NCBI GenBank assembly: GCA_902763855.1
Contig: CACWTM010000023.1
Coordinates: 1-51,992 of the forward strand
Direction of reading: 5' to 3'
DNA length: 51,992 nt
Source: an uncultured Ruminococcus sp.
GTDB lineage: Bacteria > Bacillota > Clostridia > Oscillospirales > Acutalibacteraceae
The notes beneath the pieces are model-generated. The model was not told where the DNA came from, searched no databases, and worked only from the letters and a program-made list of their open reading frames with translations. This document shows positions 47,468 through 51,992 of the stretch, in pieces; positions within the stretch are counted from its first letter, which is position 1; each line of letters begins with the position of its first letter. The position numbers and the translations under genes are program-made.

Positions 47468-48934
47468 ATGAACGATAAAAGCAAAGTCATCTTCGGAAAC
47501 CAAATCAACGCGAAAGACTACAAAAAAGCGCTGAACTCGAAGAAAAAATATCTAAAAAAATACGGTGACGACAGCAAGAAGGCTTATGCCGCAAAACTCG
47601 TCGAAAACGCAACGCTCCATCAGCCGCTCGGTGTGCTGGATATCCGCGTCGGCGAGGGTGAAGCGGACGTCCCCTTCGATACCGAGAAAGGCATCATCGT
47701 CGGCAATATCCGCATGGGCTTCGGTCACTACCGCATCTCGATCGCGATGGCTTCTGCCGCCCACGCGCTGGGCTACACCCCCTACTGGATGGATCTGAAC
47801 TCTTATAAAGACACCACCTGCACCAAGGTCATCGGCGCACAGAACGACCTGTACAGCCTGGGCTCCCGCCTGAGCCAAAAGAGCAGGCTGTTCAACAAGT
47901 TCGTATGGGAGCCGATGAACTACGAGGGCTTCCGGCAGCTCTCCTACAACGCCGCCGACCAGAAGAATGCCGAGCTGATGGCGCCCGTGTTTCACAGCGT
48001 TCCCAAGGATATCCCCCTGATCGGCACGCATGTATGGCCGGCGCAGGCGGCGCTGCACGCGGGGATGAAGCACGTTGTCAACGCGATCCCCGACAACTGG
48101 CCGATGGCGCTGCATCTTGCCGAGGGCGCGACCCACACCATCCAGACCCACCAGAGCTACATGGGCTACCGCATCCTCAACGGCTTTCGCAAAAAAGAGG
48201 TCTTAAAGCCCATGCCGGCAAAAGACCTCGTCTACACGGGACACTACATCGACCACGAGCTGGTCGCGAATATCGAAAAAGACTGTGACGCGCGCATGGA
48301 GCGCAAGAAAAAAGGCGATCCGATGCGTTTTCTCCTTACCATCGGCGGCGCGGGCGCACAGCGCGAGCTGTTCGCGGCAGTCATCAAATACCTGCTTCCC
48401 GCTGTCAGGGAAAAGAGAGCCGCCCTTTACGTCAACGTCGGCGACTACAAAGCGGTATGGGAGGAGCTGATTAAAGAAATCCCCGAACTGTCCGCACTTT
48501 CCACCACCCACTTCAACGACTGGGCAGGCACCAACAGCTTTGCCGAAAACGCGCTGATCTCCCCCGTCGAGGGCGTACACGCGTTTTGGCACGAAAACAT
48601 CTTTGAAGCGGTCTACTGCACCAACATCCTCATGCGCTCGGCAGACGTTCTGCTGACAAAGCCCAGTGAACTCGCGTTCTACCCGATCCCGAAGCTGTTC
48701 CTCAAACGTATCGGCGGTCACGAAAAGTGGGGCGCGATCCACAGCGCCGAAATGGGCGACGGCACGCTGGAGTGCGAGGATATCCCGCACACCCTGCAGA
48801 TGGTCAGTCTGTTTCTTAATGAGGAATCAACCTTAAAATACATGTGCGACCGCATCAAAGCGAACAAAATCGCGGGGCTGTATGACGGCGCGTATGAGGT
48901 CGTCAAGCTCGCGATGGCTAAGAAATCGGAATAA
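47468..48934 (+). CDS. Uncharacterised GT-B-like protein
   Basis: MGFGH, TH, TIGGAG, DVLLTKPSE, GGHE; resembles the MGDG-synthase/GT28 layout. Confidence 0.5.
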   Translation: MNDKSKVIFGNQINAKDYKKALNSKKKYLKKYGDDSKKAYAAKLVENATLHQPLGVLDIRVGEGEADVPFDTEKGIIVGNIRMGFGHYRISIAMASAAHALGYTPYWMDLNSYKDTTCTKVIGAQNDLYSLGSRLSQKSRLFNKFVWEPMNYEGFRQLSYNAADQKNAELMAPVFHSVPKDIPLIGTHVWPAQAALHAGMKHVVNAIPDNWPMALHLAEGATHTIQTHQSYMGYRILNGFRKKEVLKPMPAKDLVYTGHYIDHELVANIEKDCDARMERKKKGDPMRFLLTIGGAGAQRELFAAVIKYLLPAVREKRAALYVNVGDYKAVWEELIKEIPELSALSTTHFNDWAGTNSFAENALISPVEGVHAFWHENIFEAVYCTNILMRSADVLLTKPSELAFYPIPKLFLKRIGGHEKWGAIHSAEMGDGTLECEDIPHTLQMVSLFLNEESTLKYMCDRIKANKIAGLYDGAYEVVKLAMAKKSE

Positions 48935-49022
48935 TCATTATGGGGACGGGCATTTCCCGTCCGCGGACGACCGGCGGTCGTCCCTACACAAACGCAACAC
49001 CAATGTACAATTGGAGGATAAC

Positions 49023-50438
49023 ATGAAACGATTAACTAAAAAACAAATGCGGATCTTCGCTGTCGGTCAGCTCGGATGGTCAACCCTCAGCGGCATCATC
49101 AGCGCGTGGTTCGTCACCTTCTATCTGCCCACTCAGGCTGATATTGACGGCGGAGCGATCCAGTATATCGTCCCCGGTCTGGTCATCGGCGGATTTCTGA
49201 CCGTTCTCGGTTTGATTACGGCATTATCCCGTATCTTTGACGCGATCACCGACCCGTGGATCGCCTCTCTGTCCGATCGCAGCAAGAACCCGCGCGGCAG
49301 ACGTATCCCCTTCATGCAGTACGCGGCAATCCCGCTGTCTGTTGTGACCGTTCTTTTGTTCTGTGCGCCTGTCAACATGATAAGCGGCTGGAACGTCGCG
49401 TGGATCTCGGTATTCATCGTGCTGTTCTACCTGTTTATGACCATGTACTGTACCCCCTACAATGCCCTGATCTCCGAGTTTGGCAAAACCCAGGACGACC
49501 GCATGTACATCTCCACCGCGATCTCCCTGACCTTCTTCGCGGGCACCATGCTCGCCTACACCCCCTTCGTATTCGCGGGCATGCTCAGAGGCTCCGTCGG
49601 CTTTGCGTGGAGCTACCGCATCTGCTTCATCGTGCTGGCGATCATCTCCTGCATCTGCATGCTGATCCCCACCTTCGCCCTCAAGGAGAAGGATTTCGTC
49701 GACACCAAGCCCTCGAACGCCAATATGCTCAAGTCGCTGGGCGCGACCTTCCGCAATAAGAATTTCCGCACCTTTGTCGGCTCCGACATCATGTACTGGG
49801 TCGGTCTGACCCTCTTCCAGACGGGTCTGCCCTTCTTCGTCAAGGTCTCGATGAACATCAGCGAAGCGTACACCATGTACTTTCTCGGCGGCATGACCGT
49901 TCTGTCGGCATGCTTCTACCCGATCGTCTCCAAGCTCGTCAAAAAATTCGGCAAGAAGAAGCTCGTCATCACCGGCTTCTTAGGTCTTGCGCTGGCTTAC
50001 GTCATCGCGGCGCTGATCGGTATCCTCGGCACAGCGGAGCACGGCAACAGCTCCATCCCCGGTATCGTATTCGGCGTGCTGATCTGCGTGATCGCGGCGT
50101 TCCCGATGGCGCTGCTGGGCATCATCCCGCAGTCCATCGTCGCGGACGTTGCAGAGGCTGACGGTCTTGAGACCGGCGAGAACCGCGAGGGCATGTTCTT
50201 TGCGGCGCGCACCTTCGCCATGAAGTTCGGCCAGTCTCTCGCGATGCTCGTCTTCACCTCTCTTGCGATCATCGGCACCACCCAGAACACCAACAGCAAC
50301 GACATCACCGCCTCCGTCACCGGCATGACCATCGTCGGATGGGTCGCGGTCGCGTTCTGCACCCTCGGCGCCATCATCCTGAGCTTCTACAATGAGAAGA
50401 AGATCATGGCGACCATCGAGAAGAAAAACAAGAAATGA
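49023..50438 (+). CDS. MFS sugar transporter (GPH/MelB-like)
   Basis: RIFDAITDP, SDRS..GRRIPF, TGENREGMFF; GGAGG RBS. Confidence 0.85.
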   Translation: MKRLTKKQMRIFAVGQLGWSTLSGIISAWFVTFYLPTQADIDGGAIQYIVPGLVIGGFLTVLGLITALSRIFDAITDPWIASLSDRSKNPRGRRIPFMQYAAIPLSVVTVLLFCAPVNMISGWNVAWISVFIVLFYLFMTMYCTPYNALISEFGKTQDDRMYISTAISLTFFAGTMLAYTPFVFAGMLRGSVGFAWSYRICFIVLAIISCICMLIPTFALKEKDFVDTKPSNANMLKSLGATFRNKNFRTFVGSDIMYWVGLTLFQTGLPFFVKVSMNISEAYTMYFLGGMTVLSACFYPIVSKLVKKFGKKKLVITGFLGLALAYVIAALIGILGTAEHGNSSIPGIVFGVLICVIAAFPMALLGIIPQSIVADVAEADGLETGENREGMFFAARTFAMKFGQSLAMLVFTSLAIIGTTQNTNSNDITASVTGMTIVGWVAVAFCTLGAIILSFYNEKKIMATIEKKNKK

Positions 50439-50451
50439 TCAGGTGATATAA

Positions 50452-51992
50452 GTGATTAAAAAACTCAGCGGCGAGCAGGACGCTTTCCTCCTGCAGACCG
50501 ATCATACCGCGTATGCGATCGCGATCACCCCTTCGGGTCATCCCGAGCACCTCTACTACGGCTCCTACATCGACGGTGAGTCGCTCGACGAGCTCTTCGC
50601 CCTTCGCCAGAAGCGCGAGTTCGAGCCGGGCAATGTGATCGTCTACTCCGAGGAGCACAACACCACCTCACTGGAGGACATCTGTCTGGAGTGCTCCGGC
50701 GTGGGTCACGGCGACGTGCGCGAGCCGTTCATCGAGCTCGTCCGCGCGGACGGATCGCGTACCACCGATTTTCTCTACAAGGGCTATACGATCACGGACG
50801 TAAAGCCCGCGTTCGACAGCCTGCCCGGCTCCTACAGCGCCGACGGCAAGGTCGAGCACCTCACGCTGACCCTCGCTGACGACGCGCTGACCTTAGAGGT
50901 TCACTATTACATCTATCCCGACTGCGACGTGATCACGCGCTCCGCGAAGCTGACCAACGGCGGCAAGGAGCCTGTCGAGGTCGAGCGCCTGCTCTCGAAC
51001 CAGCTCGATCTGCCCGATCACGGCTGGGCTGTCACCGCCTTCCATGGCGCGTGGGCACGCGAGATGGATAAGACTACCGTCGTCCCCAATCGCGGCAAAT
51101 ACATCATCGAGAGCCGCGTCGGCTGTTCCTCCAACCGCACGAATCCCTTCTTCATGCTCCACCGTCCCGACGCGAGCGAGGATATCGGCGCCGTCTACGG
51201 CTTCAACCTCATCTACAGCGGCAACCACTATGCTTCCACAGAGGTCAGCGCCTTCTTCAAGACCCGCGTGGTGCAGGGTGTCAACCCCTTCGGCTTCCGC
51301 TGGCTGCTGGAAGAGGGCGAGAGCCTTGAAACGCCCGAAGCGGTCATGACCTATACGGAGCTGGGCTTCGGCGGTCAGACCCGCAACATGCACCGCTTCG
51401 TCCGCGAGCACATCCTGCGCGGCGAGTGGGCGCAGAAGGAGCGCCCCATCCTGCTCAACTCCTGGGAAGCCTCCTACTTCAATATCTCCGAGGGCAGTCT
51501 CGTCTCCCTCGCGAAAGCCGGCAAGGATCTCGGCGTCGAGCTGTTCGTCATGGACGACGGCTGGTTCGGCGACCGCAACGACGACTTCCGCGCCCTCGGC
51601 GACTGGGATTACAACCCCAAGAAGTTGCCCGGCGGTCTCAAGCGTCTGTCGAAGAAGATCACCGATCTCGGCGTCGGCTTCGGTCTCTGGGTCGAGCCGG
51701 AGATGATCAACGTCAACTCCCGTCTGTATGAAGCCCATCCCGACTGGGCGATGGCGATCCCCGGCAAGCTCCACAGCGAGGGCAGACACCAGCGCATCCT
51801 CGACCTGAGCAACCCCGCCGTGTCCGACTGGGTGATCGAGAAAATGAGCGAGGTCTTTTCCTCCGGTGATATCTCCTATGTCAAGTGGGATATGAACCGC
51901 ATCTTCTCCGACGTCTACTCCCCCTATCTGCCCGCTAAGCGTCAGGGCGAGGTCGCCCACCGCTATATGCTCGGCTTATACAAGATCATGAA
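50452..51992 (+). CDS. GH36 alpha-galactosidase, partial (runs off window; absent from the ORF track)
   Basis: GTG start MIKKLSGEQDAFLLQT..HLYYG; LNSWEASYF, FVMDDGWFG, FGLWVEPEM, YVKWDMNR. Confidence 0.9.
   Translation, partial: MIKKLSGEQDAFLLQTDHTAYAIAITPSGHPEHLYYGSYIDGESLDELFALRQKREFEPGNVIVYSEEHNTTSLEDICLECSGVGHGDVREPFIELVRADGSRTTDFLYKGYTITDVKPAFDSLPGSYSADGKVEHLTLTLADDALTLEVHYYIYPDCDVITRSAKLTNGGKEPVEVERLLSNQLDLPDHGWAVTAFHGAWAREMDKTTVVPNRGKYIIESRVGCSSNRTNPFFMLHRPDASEDIGAVYGFNLIYSGNHYASTEVSAFFKTRVVQGVNPFGFRWLLEEGESLETPEAVMTYTELGFGGQTRNMHRFVREHILRGEWAQKERPILLNSWEASYFNISEGSLVSLAKAGKDLGVELFVMDDGWFGDRNDDFRALGDWDYNPKKLPGGLKRLSKKITDLGVGFGLWVEPEMINVNSRLYEAHPDWAMAIPGKLHSEGRHQRILDLSNPAVSDWVIEKMSEVFSSGDISYVKWDMNRIFSDVYSPYLPAKRQGEVAHRYMLGLYKIM

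Noticed and set aside
46033-47508. 491-aa minus strand ORF
   Set aside because: Antisense shadow of GH2
50893-51960. 355-aa minus strand ORF
   Set aside because: Shadow of the real GH36 gene on the + strand, which the ORF track missed because it has no stop in the window

Overview
Chromosomal window from a Bacillota/Clostridia genome, probably Ruminococcus-like (inferred from the dockerin protein and spoVT). Bases 1-~14005 look like the right part of an integrated mobile element. It carries an IS21 end, an AAA-ATPase/nuclease, a Hachiman-like pair, an uncharacterised MazG-like/nuclease-helicase/SWIM operon, an orphan VbhA-like antitoxin, an XRE switch, a structured non-coding leader and a relaxase-less mob remnant. 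It ends in a large serine recombinase read in frame into the 3' ~150 codons of the sporulation regulator spoVT, so the element appears to interrupt spoVT. The rest is host DNA: an acyltransferase/GT8 cluster, membrane and lipoproteins, a GGGtGRT/NifU-like pair, a degenerate YbeY, DegV, an Fe-ADH, a glycine riboswitch-symporter, a Bacteroides-type serine palmitoyltransferase plus SDR (candidate sphingolipid pathway), a CDP-alditol/Tag cluster, a dockerin protein, MntP, BioY and a GH2-unknown-MFS-GH36 operon. Two copies of a MITE-like element have covarying ends. All family calls come from motif recognition by eye; no searches were run.
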